NCBI GenBank assembly: GCA_951406725.2
Contig: OX597814.1
Coordinates: 45,384,001 to 45,448,000 of the forward strand
Reading direction: 5' to 3'
DNA: 64,000 nt
Origin: Octopus vulgaris
Taxonomy: Eukaryota
Below, piece after piece: positions 1-12,933 of the stretch. A program made the translations under genes and the position numbers. Positions within the stretch are counted from its first letter, which is position 1; each line of letters opens with the position of its first letter. Below the pieces are notes generated by a model that saw only the letters and a list, made by a program, of their open reading frames with translations, was not told the origin of the DNA and made no database searches.

Positions 1-122
1 TTTTAAATCTTCCATCTAAAATTAAAATCGTTTCTGTGATTAAAACAAAAACAGAATTGCCTTTTTTATTGATTGATGTTACTACTGTGTTTATTATTGT
101 AGTTCTGGTAATTGTGGTTGTG

Positions 123-222
123 GTTGTTGTTGATGATGATGATGATGATGATGACGACGACGACGACGACGATGATGATGATGATGATGATATAGTTGCT
201 GCTACTGTTGTTGTTGTTGTTG
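123..222. repeat. Compound (GTT)n/(GAT)n/(GAC)n microsatellite
   Basis: Directly visible; explains the poly-D ORF 36..242. Confidence 0.95.
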
Positions 223-2689
223 TTAATCTTTTCGTTTGTTAATACTTTTGATTTCTACCGACAAAAATAAATGAAACGAGAATCATTTTAAGTGCTAGTG
301 ATGGTAAAATTTTACTTTTCATTAATTCAAACAATGCCTTCAGTAATATTTTCCAGCTTTTTCCTACTGGTTTTCCGTCTAAATTAAGTATAAGGAGATT
401 TTCTTGACTAACACTAATGGATTTGTATGCAGGCTTATCCTATCAGATTTGCTGCAGTTGCTATATCTATCTCAGAAAAAATAATAATAAAACAAGCATT
501 ATTTTTCATTCTGAAATCTTATTTGCGTCTTGATATGTTTACTCAATCTGGGCATGTGTAACTCTTCGTATATTTTCGCGTCAATATGTCAACCGTCAAT
601 AAATAACAACTTATTTGGAATCCTTCTGCACATCTTATATTCAATCTGTAAAGTTGTACCACCAACAGACTTAATGTAGAGAACTGTGACATTTTAATTA
701 ATAAATTTAATAGTCCCATTGATTGAAAAAAATAACTATGTTAATGGCTAATCCTGGTTGGAAAATCATTCGTAACAACTCTGAAGTTTTAACTAAAAAT
801 TAAGTAAAATAAAATGCAGTAGTGAGTGAGTCTGGATGAGATTTCATAAGACCGAAAGATATCTGAAGTTGTTAATGGTTAGAATCATTCATCATTAGAC
901 TTTATTTCTTATTAGATTAATTTATATTCTGAGATTGTCTTTCTTGCCTTTCTTAACTAAAGCTAGTATTTAGATAATGACTATTTTTTACTCACTACAT
1001 TAAATATGTGAGCACTCACTTTATTAGTCATTTTCGTGCAGCAGGCATTTCTAGATATTTTCTCCAATCGTTCTAATATTCAGTATACTTACTATATAGT
1101 TGCTCATAGTGATCTTTCTGTAGTTCACATTTTCTTCAAAGTCACTTGCCAGGTAAAACATTTGAAAGTGTCACACTGGTGAAAAAAGATTGTTGAATTC
1201 CTGTCTCTTCAAATTCAATTAATCTAAAACAAAATTGACAATAATTTCTGAAGACGTCTTTCTACGATGTTTTTTTACACACCTATGGTGTTTTTACTAA
1301 AATTGATAAAAGTTTGTTTCGTCCATAATGTAAAATATTTTGGAATCTATCACAATTACTATTGAACTTCTGTGTGGGTGATAGAAACGGTTGACATCTC
1401 ATTATCGTAATGTTTTCTCGTGTTTTAGCCAAAAAGATGTCTATTTTTCTAAGACTTAACTGCAATTAAAGGAAGGCCTAATGAGAATTAACATTCATTA
1501 TTGCCAAGAATGTGACACAACCATATCCGAAGGCCTAGTCTTTGGCAACACGACAATAATAATAATAATAACAATACTGAGTTTCAATAACTGTGTCAAT
1601 TTGAAATCTGAAACATTTGCTTTCTTTTCCTCAGGGGCAGCTAAAACTGTTCGTATGTTCGTATCCTTGGGTAATTGAGAATTTCTTGGTTAATTCCAAA
1701 CCAGAATTTTGTTTCGTATAGTGGTATAATTAAGTCAAACATTAATAAATTGTTCCCATAATACTGCGCTCCGTCTTAAATTCTATATTCGAAGTCGTGT
1801 GAATGTTACTGATCGTTAAAGATTGTTAAATACTGTCATACAAAACTTTTCCGATAAAATATTCATTTGAGGATATCATTCCAAATTGTATAGGTGTCAT
1901 GAAAAGATATATAACTGTCTTCATATTATCGGTATGTGTTGTTATTTATAATCTACTTCGTTGAAAGTCTCACCAATATTCATGACAGATTTTGGAATTA
2001 TAAATACAATTTAAAAGTTTGTCCTTTTTAAGACATTTTAAAACATTTTTAAGGTTTTCCGATTAGAATAATCTTGCTGATCTTCGTCTGTCTCGCACAC
2101 TTTAAGTACTAACTAATCAATTATTTAATTGTTCTACGAGTAACGCATACTGACATCATTTTCATTCTGGTCTGACTTAAAGTAATTGTAGTGCTCTACA
2201 AATAGGATATCTTCGCTCAGTTTATAGGTGTATTCAACAGTTGGCTAACTGTTATACACTGACGCAATACAGAAGATAGCAAATGGGTGCGGCTCCTGAT
2301 TAGCAATAAATATATTTCTTTTGCTATGAAAGTACACGGAGTTAAATATAAAAATGAGTTTTATGTATAATAGTATTATATTACGTACCCCCACCCCCGT
2401 TTATATAACTCAAGAAATGATTTCCAGAACTACTGAGTAACTTACTTCTAATAAGCTGGTGTTCCTTCCACGAGACAGGAAAATCTTTTGTCTCTCACCT
2501 GTTGAATATTATAGATATAGAGATTAAATATTGTTCCTATGAACTCCAGAGATTTGTAGGTTTACCTTTTTAACTGGATTAGGGCATGATCAAAACAAGT
2601 GAATGTATTAGAGATATATTTACTCCTCTCTACCGATTCCGCCAACACTCATCTCTGTCTGATAGTCGACCAACGTATTACATGCAAAT

Positions 2690-2771
2690 CGTAACCTTTC
2701 ATCAAAACCACTATATATAGCAAGAGTTTCAGAACTCTTGCTATATATAGTGGTTTTGATGTAAGGTTACG
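2690..2771. repeat. Near-perfect palindrome, 39-bp arms, 4-nt loop
   Basis: cgtaacctttcatcaaaaccactatatatagcaagagtt-tcag-aactcttgctatatatagtggttttgatgtaaggttacg, one mismatch. Confidence 0.95.
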
Positions 2772-3411
2772 TGGCTGTCGAGGAATAGTTGTACACATAT
2801 GAAGAGGAATAGTTATCCCGAAACAGATCCATAAGAAAAGTCTCGATTTTCTTTTTTACATTACTCAAGTGAACAATAGGATGCTTTTACATCGTCTTAA
2901 TCTACAGAGTTATAAGGCTTTTACATAAATATAGATTTATTTACATAATAGACGTTCGAGATATTCTGAATTACATTGTGTTCTTTATAAATATATATTA
3001 AGAATAATTGTTTCTTACTTAACCATGAGACCTGAAATTTAAGCGAAGAGGCTGTAGTCTATTAAATTAAATACTATTTATTTTATCGAACCTGGAGGGG
3101 TGAAAGGCAAGTTTGATCCCAACAGAATATGAATTCACAGCCACATTGTAACAAATTTAAAGAGTAAAAATACAAGTAAATTCAATCGATGTCTTATCTT
3201 ATTACTATTTTAAATTGTCTTTGTGAACGTTCAAACCAAACAAAAATATTACGAATATATCTAATCTGCTAAAGATTTTTCTCTTGTGTATTTTGTCTTA
3301 TGTATTGCTAAAAGAATGGACTAACTACTAAAGAGAGTTGCTAAGTACTAGAAGGTAGGCAACTCAAAATGGAACACTTATCGAAATCATCAACTTCATG
3401 CTGTGTGTGTG

Positions 3412-3443
<32 letters not shown>

Positions 3444-3449
3444 TGCGTA

Positions 3450-3671
3450 TTATATTAAACTGTTAATTCAGACACATTTTTCCTCCGTTTTTTTTTTTTT
3501 TGTTCTCTCCCCATTTTTTTTCTTCTTATCATCTCTTTCTATAGAAGAGCGTAGGCTCGGAACATTAAAGACTTTTCCATTCTTCTCGATAATCAAACTA
3601 ATAAACCTGCTTACTGTTCTCTTACTTGTCTTTGTCTTTTGTTTTCTGTACATTTGAAACCCCCACCACCA

Positions 3672-3675
<4 letters not shown>
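3450..3675 (+). mobile_element. Short Penelope pLTR-like repeat with degenerate hammerhead motif (3535-3570)
   Basis: CTTT-CTATAGA-AGAGC-gtag-GCTC-GGAAC-ATT-AAAG; homologous to copies at 9470, 10198 and 47113; ends in (TA)n. Confidence 0.6.
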
Positions 3676-3715
<40 letters not shown>

Positions 3716-3954
3716 TTAAGGGTAGAAATTGATATTTATCAATTAAGACCAGTGGTCTAGCATATTAAAAAAGAATCCGAAGATTAAAATATTTATATAT
3801 ACCAATTAAGGACTGAACACGAAAAGTGGACAGTCAACATGCTAGATATAGACGTCAAATCGTCATTCACCACAAAAGATTATGTTCTCAGATCAAACTC
3901 AACACAAAACCATAGCAATAAACAAGTGAAAAATATACGAAATAAAATAATTAC

Positions 3955-4019
3955 CCATGTACTAACTTAGTTTCAGCTGTTATTTTCCGCAAGGAAAACT
4001 GCAGCCATCATCAGCATGG
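3955..4019 (-). ncRNA. Type I hammerhead ribozyme
   Basis: Exact reverse complement of 4565-4629. Confidence 0.9.
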
Positions 4020-4564
4020 TCCGTTATAAATGTAATTTGTTGGACTAGATGCAAACACGATACCGAAATATCGCGTGCATGGAGTTCAGCCTATTACATT
4101 TGAATATATATTTCAAATGCCTTTACTTTGGCGCGTTGAGACCCGAGAAAACTAGCCTGCAGCTAATAATTAGCAGCAGTTAATTTATCGGTTAGAGAAC
4201 ATATTTATTTATATAAAATTAATTAAGGGTAGAAATTGATATTTATCAATTAAGACCAGTGGTCTAGCATATTAAAAATGAATACGAAGATTAAAATATT
4301 TATATATACCAATTAAGGACTGAACACGAAAAGTGGACAGTCAACATGCTAGATATAGACGTCAAATCGTCATTCACCACAAAAGATTATGTTCTCAGAT
4401 CAAACTCAACACAATTATTAGCTGCAGGCTAGTTTTCTCGGGTCTCAACGCGCCAAAGTAAAGGCATTTGAAATATATATTCAAATGTAATAGGCTGAAC
4501 TCCATGCACGCGATATTTCGGTATCGTGTTTGCATCTAGTCCAACAAATTACATTTATAACGGA

Positions 4565-4629
4565 CCATGCTGATGATGGCTGCAGTTTTCCTTGCGGAAA
4601 ATAACAGCTGAAACTAAGTTAGTACATGG
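4565..4629 (+). ncRNA. Type I hammerhead ribozyme
   Basis: Stem I CCATG/CATGG; core CTGATGA; stem II GGCTG..TTTTCC-ttgc-GGAAAA..CAGCT; GAA; stem III ACTAA-G-TTAGT; GUA cleavage triplet ending at 4624. Confidence 0.9.
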
Positions 4630-4780
4630 GTAATTATTTTATTTCGTATATTTTTCACTTGTTTATTGCTATGGTTTTGTGTTGAGTTTGATCTGAGAAC
4701 ATAATCTTTTGTGGTGAATGACGATTTGACGTCTATATCTAGCATGTTGACTGTCCACTTTTCGTGTTCAGTCCTTAATT

Positions 4781-4855
<75 letters not shown>

Positions 4856-7424
4856 CAGATAGGCAGGCAGACATATACATGGTTACATACTTTTTTACAT
4901 ACCTGTGTACATATGCATACTTGTTTGCATATGTAATGTCTCAGCTGGCTCAGGTCATCTCTCTTCACATTATGGAGGATTTAACTTGACACATTAGGCA
5001 AACGAAACATTTGTCAAATAAATAATGCTCCCACTTCTATGCTGTCTGTTTAGTGACTTTGCTAGATGTGCAAACGTATTGCCATTAATAGGATACGAAT
5101 CTTCGTTCCTTCGCTTATAAATCCTGTATTGTAGTATTAGGTAGCAGTGGTAGCTGTGGCGGAGTTCGTTTTTGTTTTTACTTTTTTTTATTTTGTTTTC
5201 TTTCAACGATCAGAACTCACCAGGAAACAAACAAATAATATAAACTTCGAAAAATATTTCATCATTTTCTCTTCTCTTTTTTTCTACACCCGAGAAAATG
5301 ACATCTATTTTTGTATCTAAACAGAAAAAAAAGGGTGAATACAGTACGAACTGCTCAAACGAAACTGTTATTAATCCAAAGATTCCTATCGTGTAAAACG
5401 AGTGTTAAGATAGAAATTTTTGACAAAACATGTGTTAAGATGGAACGTTTATCAATGAAATCGATCTATACTGGATTTTGGTATTTACCTTCATATATTA
5501 TCGATTTAAGAGTCAAGATCAACAAAATAAATGCTACTTCTTTGATTGAAGAATTCTGTATGAGAGAGAAAATAATAGAAAGCTTGAATTTATTATAGGA
5601 TCAGTGAGAGTAACTATAAAGAATAAAGCTGTCTATTGATTTATAATGGCAGCAATGACGCACATATTTCATTGGAAATGTATAAAACAGAATATGGTCG
5701 GTGTGTGTGTATGCTTAATAAATTATATAGATGTTTTCAATGAAGAATATAGGTGTCATTGATTGTATTATGTAGGTGTGATGTGTGAATTGCAATGTGA
5801 TATGTGTAGGAAATGGTAGAATATATATGTAGGTTCATATACACATAAATACATTATATATAGAGATATATGCGTGTGCATGTATATCTATTTTGTGTGC
5901 TGATGAATATAAAAAAATGTATGTGCATACGTGTTCATGTGTATCTGTGTGTTGACGATGCCTTTCATCCTCCTAGCTAGATATAATGAAAAACAAACAT
6001 GTTATCCCTTTATGAATCACAAGGAGTCATAGAACCGATTATCAACTCCAGTTTCTGTTGCATTTGGTGAATGAAAGCTAGACCTACTGTACGTGTCTCT
6101 ATTGTATGACAGATAACTTCCCATGGAAAGCTTATTTTATAGTTTAGTCAGAGAAGAATGACCTTTTTGTCCATGACCTTTTTGGAGAACCTCTGAGGCT
6201 GGTAGACAAAAATAAACTGGGGACTCGGTACGAATGCTGCAACACTGTGAACTCTACTGAAAAAACCCAATGGCTTGTTAACTATTTAAAATCAGACAAC
6301 GGGTTAATCCATATTCCGCACAAATAAGTAATTAGAAGCAATATATATTTAAGTGCTCTCTTCAGAACCATAAGAGACTGAAACAGGTAAAATAATTACC
6401 AGGAAAACATAAGGTATCTTTCTACATGGTCAAAAAATAAAGATGTCTAAACATGGTCAAAATAGTAAAGATGTCTGAACCAAGCAAAGTGATAGAGATG
6501 ACTAAATACCATTTCTACTATCCTAGTGACCAAGAAAGTGGGTTATTTATATCATTTAATTCAGTAATTCATTATTCTGTGTTCAAATCATTCCGCCAAG
6601 GTCAATTGTCCCTTTTTTTCACTTAAAATTAATCAAATAGCAAATATTGGTGAGGTAGAGTCGAGTTGATCCCCTATAATCCAGATCTACAAAAGTTGGT
6701 TTTAACCCAAGTTAAATAAGCTAGCAGATATTTTCCGAAATAGTTTCTTTAAGAGGTGTAAGTTTATAATCAGCTTAGATCGTGTTTTCTCTCCAGGCAG
6801 GGAAATTGACTCTTCAAAAGGAACATAGACTTTAAACTCTAGTAAATTTAATTACATATCGCTCTTCAAACATTAACTCAATAATTTCTGTCTGTCTTTC
6901 GCTTCATATTATCAACACTGAATCACCATCATGATTTTATTATATAACAAGTGATACCTTCATAAAGTTACATCTTTACACAAATATTTCCAGGTAAAAA
7001 GTAAAAGAAAACCAGTACATAAAACAGTCGATAACTGAACTAAACTTTTGATTAACTAGAATATATATGGAAAATAAGGATCTTCAGCAATCTATGAAGA
7101 TCTATTTTTAAAAATGAAGAAACATAAAGACTCATTAAATAACTTTGTAACTTATATTTACGTTTCTTTTAAATTTTTGCTGTTTGTTGGATAAATTTAT
7201 GCGTGTATGTATATGCATATATATATATATAAGAGGGCGGAGATAAATTTGACACAACAATTGTTTCTGTGGTACTCCATTTCATGTAAATGAAATGTTG
7301 CATGTAAATGCTTCTGTGTAAAAAAAAAATGACGCAACATCTGTTTGAATATGTCGGAGTAATACTTCGAATGAGCCTTAATTTGTCCAAAAAATATGCG
7401 TCTGACATCGAAAAAAAGATGATG

Positions 7425-7487
<63 letters not shown>

Positions 7488-7815
7488 TCACTCAACTACC
7501 AACATGGCTGAAAAGATCGGTGCAAGTGTGAAGGTAGAACACCTACAAAAATCAGCATTGCTTCGAACTGCAAGAATTCTTCGCAGGGTTCTTGAAGTAT
7601 GACCAATAAACAAGTGTCACCTTAAACTACTGGCTGTGGATAGCTGACACTTTCGATCATATCCGGCTGATTATGAACTTACACCTCTTAAAGAGTTTTC
7701 ATATAATAATAATGATAATAAGTAAATCGAAATAGAGTGCCCAGTAGAATTGTTTCTAAAGGGTTGCCTCCTTGGCACGGCCAGAATAATCAGGAAAGTA
7801 TTGAATAGTTGAAAA
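7488..7815 (+). mobile_element. 3' fragments of R4/Dong-like LINE in (TAA)n
   Basis: Encodes EHLQKSALLRTARILRRVL, homologous to the C-terminus at ~37250-37320; flanked by (TAA)n. Confidence 0.7.
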
Positions 7816-8467
7816 GAACAGCATCAGATTAAAAAATAAAGCAAAAATAAAAAAATTAAAATAAAGAATGAAGAATACGATAAGAATAATACTAAAAAAA
7901 ACATAGCGATAATAATAATGGTTTCAAATTTTGGCATAAAACCATCAATCCCCAGAAGGATGAAAGACAACGTTTTCTTCGCTGGAATTTGAAGTCAGAA
8001 CGTAACGAGTTGGAAGAAATGCCGCTAAACATTTTCTCTGATGAGCTAACGTTTCTTCCAGTTCGTCACCTTAATAGCAATAATAATAATAATAATTAAA
8101 ACAGGTAAGAAAAGAAAATATTAATAACACTACAACTACTTGGATGGTAGAAATAAAGGAAATGAGGTAATGGTAAGAGGCCAGTATAATGGGCTATAGT
8201 GCAACAGAATTATATCCGATATTAGTTCGAGGTGTAAACTGAACAATTAAATGATGAGGAAAGATTTCCTCCCCTGCTCTTATAAAACGCATATGAGGTT
8301 TGACAAAAGAAATGCTATATTGTGATACGACTGGGATCTAGATGATGACAGATGTTCTTTTAATCGGGTTGAGGGAGGAGTGAAGAAAAGCGAAAAGAAA
8401 AAGAAGGCAAATTATAGGCATAACTTAAAGGTTGATGGAAATACACTAAACAAGATTGTAATAATGG

Positions 8468-8854
8468 TAGTAGGAGCACTCCGTCGGTTACGACGATGAG
8501 GGTCCCAGCTGATACGATCAACAGAACAGCTTGCTCGTGGAATTAACGTGCAAGTGGCTGAGCATTCCACAGACACGTGTACCCTTAACGTAGTTCTCGA
8601 GGAGATTCAGCGTGACACAGAGTGTGACAAGGCTGGCCCTTTGAAATACAGGTACAACAGAAACAAGAAGAAAGAGTGAGAGAAAGTTGTGGTGAAAGAG
8701 TACAGCAGGGTTCACCACCACCCCCTGCAGGAGCCTTGTGAAGCTTTAGGTGTTTTCGCTCAATAAACACTCACAATGCCCGGTCTGGGAATCGAAACCG
8801 CGATCCTACGACCGCGAGTCCGCTGCCCTAACCACTGGGCCATTGCGCCTCCAC
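8468..8854 (-). mobile_element. tRNA-derived SINE (family C)
   Basis: tRNA-like head GTGGAGGCGCAATGGCCCAGTGG..GGTTTCGATTCC; 11-bp TSD tgtaataatgg (8457-8467, 8855-8865); near-identical copy at 48261-48643. Confidence 0.9.
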
Positions 8855-9439
8855 TGTAATAATGGATACGTGTGACGAAATGAAACAGACCTCTGTACAT
8901 AATATATATTATGTGAAAATGTGTAAGCGATAAAGACTCAAGGAGGAACAATAACGATAGCCGATTTAAGGGGACCAAGATGACTAATAAGGGAACAAAA
9001 GGAAATGTATGGAGGCAGGGATTCAGTTATGTAACTTGGAAAACTGTAAGAGTAGTCGGAAATTAACAAAGTCGTGTAAAAGATTAAGGGATTAATGCAC
9101 CTCGAAATGGAATTTAAAAACAACACTCACAAATAAAAAAAAGCTTTAAAATATAGGAATGATAAAGTATACGATTGAAACATTCCAAACAATTAGATAA
9201 TACATCCGTCAGTATTGAGAATGATATCTCAGAGAATGATAACAAAATAACGTTTGTGTGTAAAGGTTAAAATTGAAAACAGATGGTTTGTAAAGAAAAG
9301 TGTTCAATGAAACTCTTCTACGATTATGAAAAGTAGCGTTACTAAATCTTCAGTAAAGGGTAGATTTTATTCTGGTGTAAGAGGGGTTAAAATGCGCACC
9401 GAAGCAGCTCAAGTGACACATATAGAAGTTCAAGGAAAT

Positions 9440-9469
<30 letters not shown>

Positions 9470-9470
<1 letters not shown>

Positions 9471-9760
9471 AGTTAAAATTTACAGAAAACGAAAGACAAA
9501 GACAGGTATAGGAACAAGAAGGTGTATTAGTTTAACGCTCGGGAAAAATGGTAAAGTCCTTTCCGTTTCGAGCTTACGTTCTTCGACAGAAAACTTTAAG
9601 AAGGAAAAATGGAGAATGAAAAAAGCAGAAAGAGAGAAATGTACAGAGTTCAACGGTCCAACATGGCGAGATGACTGGGAAAAAGAAGCTGAATGAAAGG
9701 GAGATAATAATGATAAAAATAACGGTAACAGTGACCCCCCCCAACGAACTAAGGTGTGCA
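9470..9760 (-). mobile_element. Penelope pLTR-like repeat with degenerate hammerhead (9559-9593)
   Basis: Minus strand TTT-CTGTCGA-AGAAC-gtaa-GCTC-GAAAC-GG-AAAG; same family as 3450 and 47113. Confidence 0.6.
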
Positions 9761-10197
9761 AGTGTGTATGTGAGAATGGTGTGTGTGACAGTGTGTATGT
9801 GTGAATGTATGTGAGTGCGTGTATGTGTGTGTGCTTGCGTATGGACGTGTGGGACTAACGTGTATATGTGTGTGTTGTGCGTAGCAGTTGATGTGTGTTT
9901 GTTCAGGTGGTGTGTGTACATGTATATGTGTGTGTGTGTGCGTGTCCGTGACCAAATAGTGTACATGTGTATAGTGTATATTTGGGGGCGAAAGTTATCC
10001 TTGTCTATGCGTGCTGTGTGTGTTTATGCGTATTGCGTGTGTGTATGTATTGTCTGTGTTCATGTATTATGTGCTTGTGTGGGTGTGGGAGTGTGCATGA
10101 TGGTGTATGGTATGTGTACTGAGTTAAACAATGTGTGTGGCTGTTCGTATAGTGGTATGTGTGGTGATACTGTTGAATATATATATATATATATATA

Positions 10198-10340
10198 ATT
10201 GAAATTTACAGAAAAACAGAAGACGAAGACAGGTGTATGAACAACAAGCAGGTATATTAGTTTGACGCTCGGGAAAGTGAAAAAGTCTTTTACGTTTCGA
10301 GCCTACGCTCTTCAGCAAAAAGGAATAAGAGAAAATAAAC
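10198..10340 (-). mobile_element. Penelope pLTR-like repeat with variant hammerhead (10287-10322)
   Basis: Minus strand CTTT-TTGCTGA-AGAGC-gtag-GCTC-GAAAC-GTA-AAAG; abuts (TA)n. Confidence 0.65.
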
Positions 10341-10359
10341 ACTATCAGCTATATACATA

Positions 10360-10925
10360 TATAGCTAATAGTGAGAGATTATCAATGCGGCCAAAATACT
10401 TCATAAGCCCTCTGTTAGCACACCAGACTAACAATACTGTTTGTATTAGTGAGGAACTCCAAGTATTCTTATGACAAGATCCGAGGCTATGCTTCACCAC
10501 AATTCTACGTTGCAAATCCGTGGTAGGACTCCAGTCAAACTAGTTTTTACACATAGTGGTTTATAAGACAAGGTATAAATAATGATCATTACATATTTTT
10601 CATATATTAGAATAAATTTGGCTTACAGCTGTTTCGAGTACTCATTATAGGCACGTTATTGATAGGTTTACTAGACTGGTCTATTGATCAGTTAAGAATT
10701 GAACGATCTAAAAACAATTAATGGTACTTTGTGGTTATAACCAGAAATGACTCTGACGAAAGTAGTATTAGTTTTTATTTTTTTTAGATCGTTCAATTCT
10801 TCTTAACTGATCAATAGACCAATTGAGTGAAACTATTAGTAACGTACCTATAATGACTACTAGAAACAGTTGTTAGCCAAATTTACTCTAATCAAAATAT
10901 GACCATTATTTATATTTGTCTTATG
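10360..10925 (-). mobile_element. Diverged fold-back element in TA-rich flanks
   Basis: Inverted arms ~10563-10715 and ~10780-10925, with an unpaired tail on the left. Confidence 0.75.
10748..10879 (+). ncRNA. Hammerhead ribozyme with long stem II insertion (decayed)
   Basis: TGACT-CTGACGA-A-AGTAGT..~90 nt..ACTACT-A-GAAAC-AGTT-GTT-AGCCA; one mismatch in stem I. Confidence 0.65.
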
Positions 10926-11719
10926 TATGTATATATATATATATACATTAATATTTTGACTTCATCTTCCATGTTCCATATTTACTATATTTTTACTAGT
11001 TTCATTCTATAGACTGCAGTTGTACTGGGACTCCACCTCGAAGGATGTAGTTCTTCATGTGGCACTCACCGTTTCTTTCAAGCTGGTACCGTTTTGTCTC
11101 CAGCTGTCGGACCTCTAAGTTACAAGGCATTAAAGAGACACAACGCAAACACAGACACCCACATTTATATATAGACATACATACACATAAATGTGTGTGT
11201 GTGTGTGTGTGTGATACGAAACCTGAAACCAGAAGTACATACATAACTAAATACTGTGAGGCATTAAGCCCGACGCCATCCCTTCCGAATACATTTATAT
11301 TGATTTCAAACGTTTCCAACGATATTATTGATGTATAACGTTATGATAATATTACTATTGATTTCTGGCATTACCACAAGGTCACACACTTATATTGGAG
11401 GGATATAGTCGATTGAATCGACCCAATAAAAACCTCGCTCTTGTTTTATCGGCAATGAGTGAAAAATAATCGAAGTTAACTCTAACATGGTTTCAACTCA
11501 GACCATAGAAAAACAAAAGTAAATATCTCAGAATATTTAGTTTAGTGCGAACCATTTTGACATTCTTTCGACCTCATTATAATGATACCAGAAATTTGTA
11601 GAGTGAAGGTATAGTTACTTATATCAACCCCCATAAATTACTGGTGCTATATTTCATCGGTCCCAGTCAACGTCGGTGGAGAAAGAACTGTAGTGAATTA
11701 AGTCTACCCCAGTATATAC

Positions 11720-12118
11720 TCTTTTCTCTCTTTTACTTGTTTCAGTCATTTGACTGCGGCCATACTGAAGCACCGCCTTTAGTCGAGCAAATCGACCCCA
11801 GGACTTATTCTTTGTAAGCCTAGTACTTATTCTATCGGTCTCTTTTGCCAAACCGCTAAGTTTCGGGGACGTAAACACACCACCATCGGTCATCAAGCGA
11901 CAAACAGACACACAAACATATACATACATACATATATATATATACATATATACGACGGGCTTCCTTCAGTTTCCGTCTACCAAATCCACTCACAAGGCTT
12001 TGGTCGGCCTGAGGCTATAGTAGAACAACACTTGCCCAAGGTGCCACGCAGTGGGAATGAACCCGGAACCATGTGGTTGGGAAGCAAGCTACTTACCACG
12101 CACCCACTCCTGCGCCTA
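11720..12118 (-). mobile_element. tRNA-derived SINE (family A)
   Basis: Head GGCGCAGGAGTGG..GGTTC; CORE-like accttgggcaagt; tail GGCGGTGCTTCAGTATGGCCGCAGTCAAATGACTGAAAC; copies at 41770 and 44298. Confidence 0.9.
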
Positions 12119-12878
12119 TGTAGTTATTTTCCCTAAGCTTCTTCTGAAATTACGAAAGGCAAAGTTGGCCACTGATGGCAAAGTTGGCCACTGATGGCAA
12201 AGTAGATTGCGAGTAAATAAGAGTCTTATTGTATGCAATGAGTATCATTGCCTCATTTGTGCCTTCTTGCACTATTCACAACGATTCAACATGCTTTCAT
12301 CACTCTGAATACTTCATAAGATCGAACTGTTACTCTAGTGTCGACTATTTACTTAATTACCATTATTGAATACTTTCTCGTTCCTTTATAATTTCATCTT
12401 CAACGAAAACACATTCACTTTTCTTCGAAGGAAAAGCTTTTTTTATATTCACACTTGACAAGGTAAACACTTTCGCTTTTAAAGGGCAGCATACAGTAAG
12501 ACAGCAGAATATACCAGTATCTTAATATCTTTTATTTTTTATTATCTTTTCACACTTCTGCAAATTTTTTGGACTACAAATTTTCTTCTCATTTTACATT
12601 TTCCTTTTACACTCTTGAAATTTTTTTACACTACAAAAACTTTCACTGTGGAACGAACTCGAGAACTCCAAGTAACAATAAAAAGAATGAGATGGTAAGA
12701 GGCAAAGGCGAGAGAAAAACAATGATAGGAAAGAAGAGAAAGTTTTTTTTTTTTTAAAGAAAAAAAACAGCGATTAAGAAGATACCTACATTATCAAAAG
12801 GAAAGTCAACAGATATATAGAGCGAACATGGGCAGTGAACAGCTGAGTATCAGAGAGACAGACAGACACGTAGGCAAG

Positions 12879-12933
<55 letters not shown>

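Larger units (their letters stand above)
3711..4785 (-). mobile_element. Tandem-plus-inverted non-coding element in a (TA)n tract (Penelope pLTR or retrozyme-like)
   Basis: 507-bp period (3711 and 4218 both start attaattaagggtag); partial second copy to ~4413; 4413-4785 is the reverse complement of ~3795-4171; (TA)n on both sides. Confidence 0.85.

Noticed and set aside
12158-12202. 19-bp direct repeat, about 2.3 copies
   Set aside because: Simple slippage duplication with no spacers; not CRISPR.
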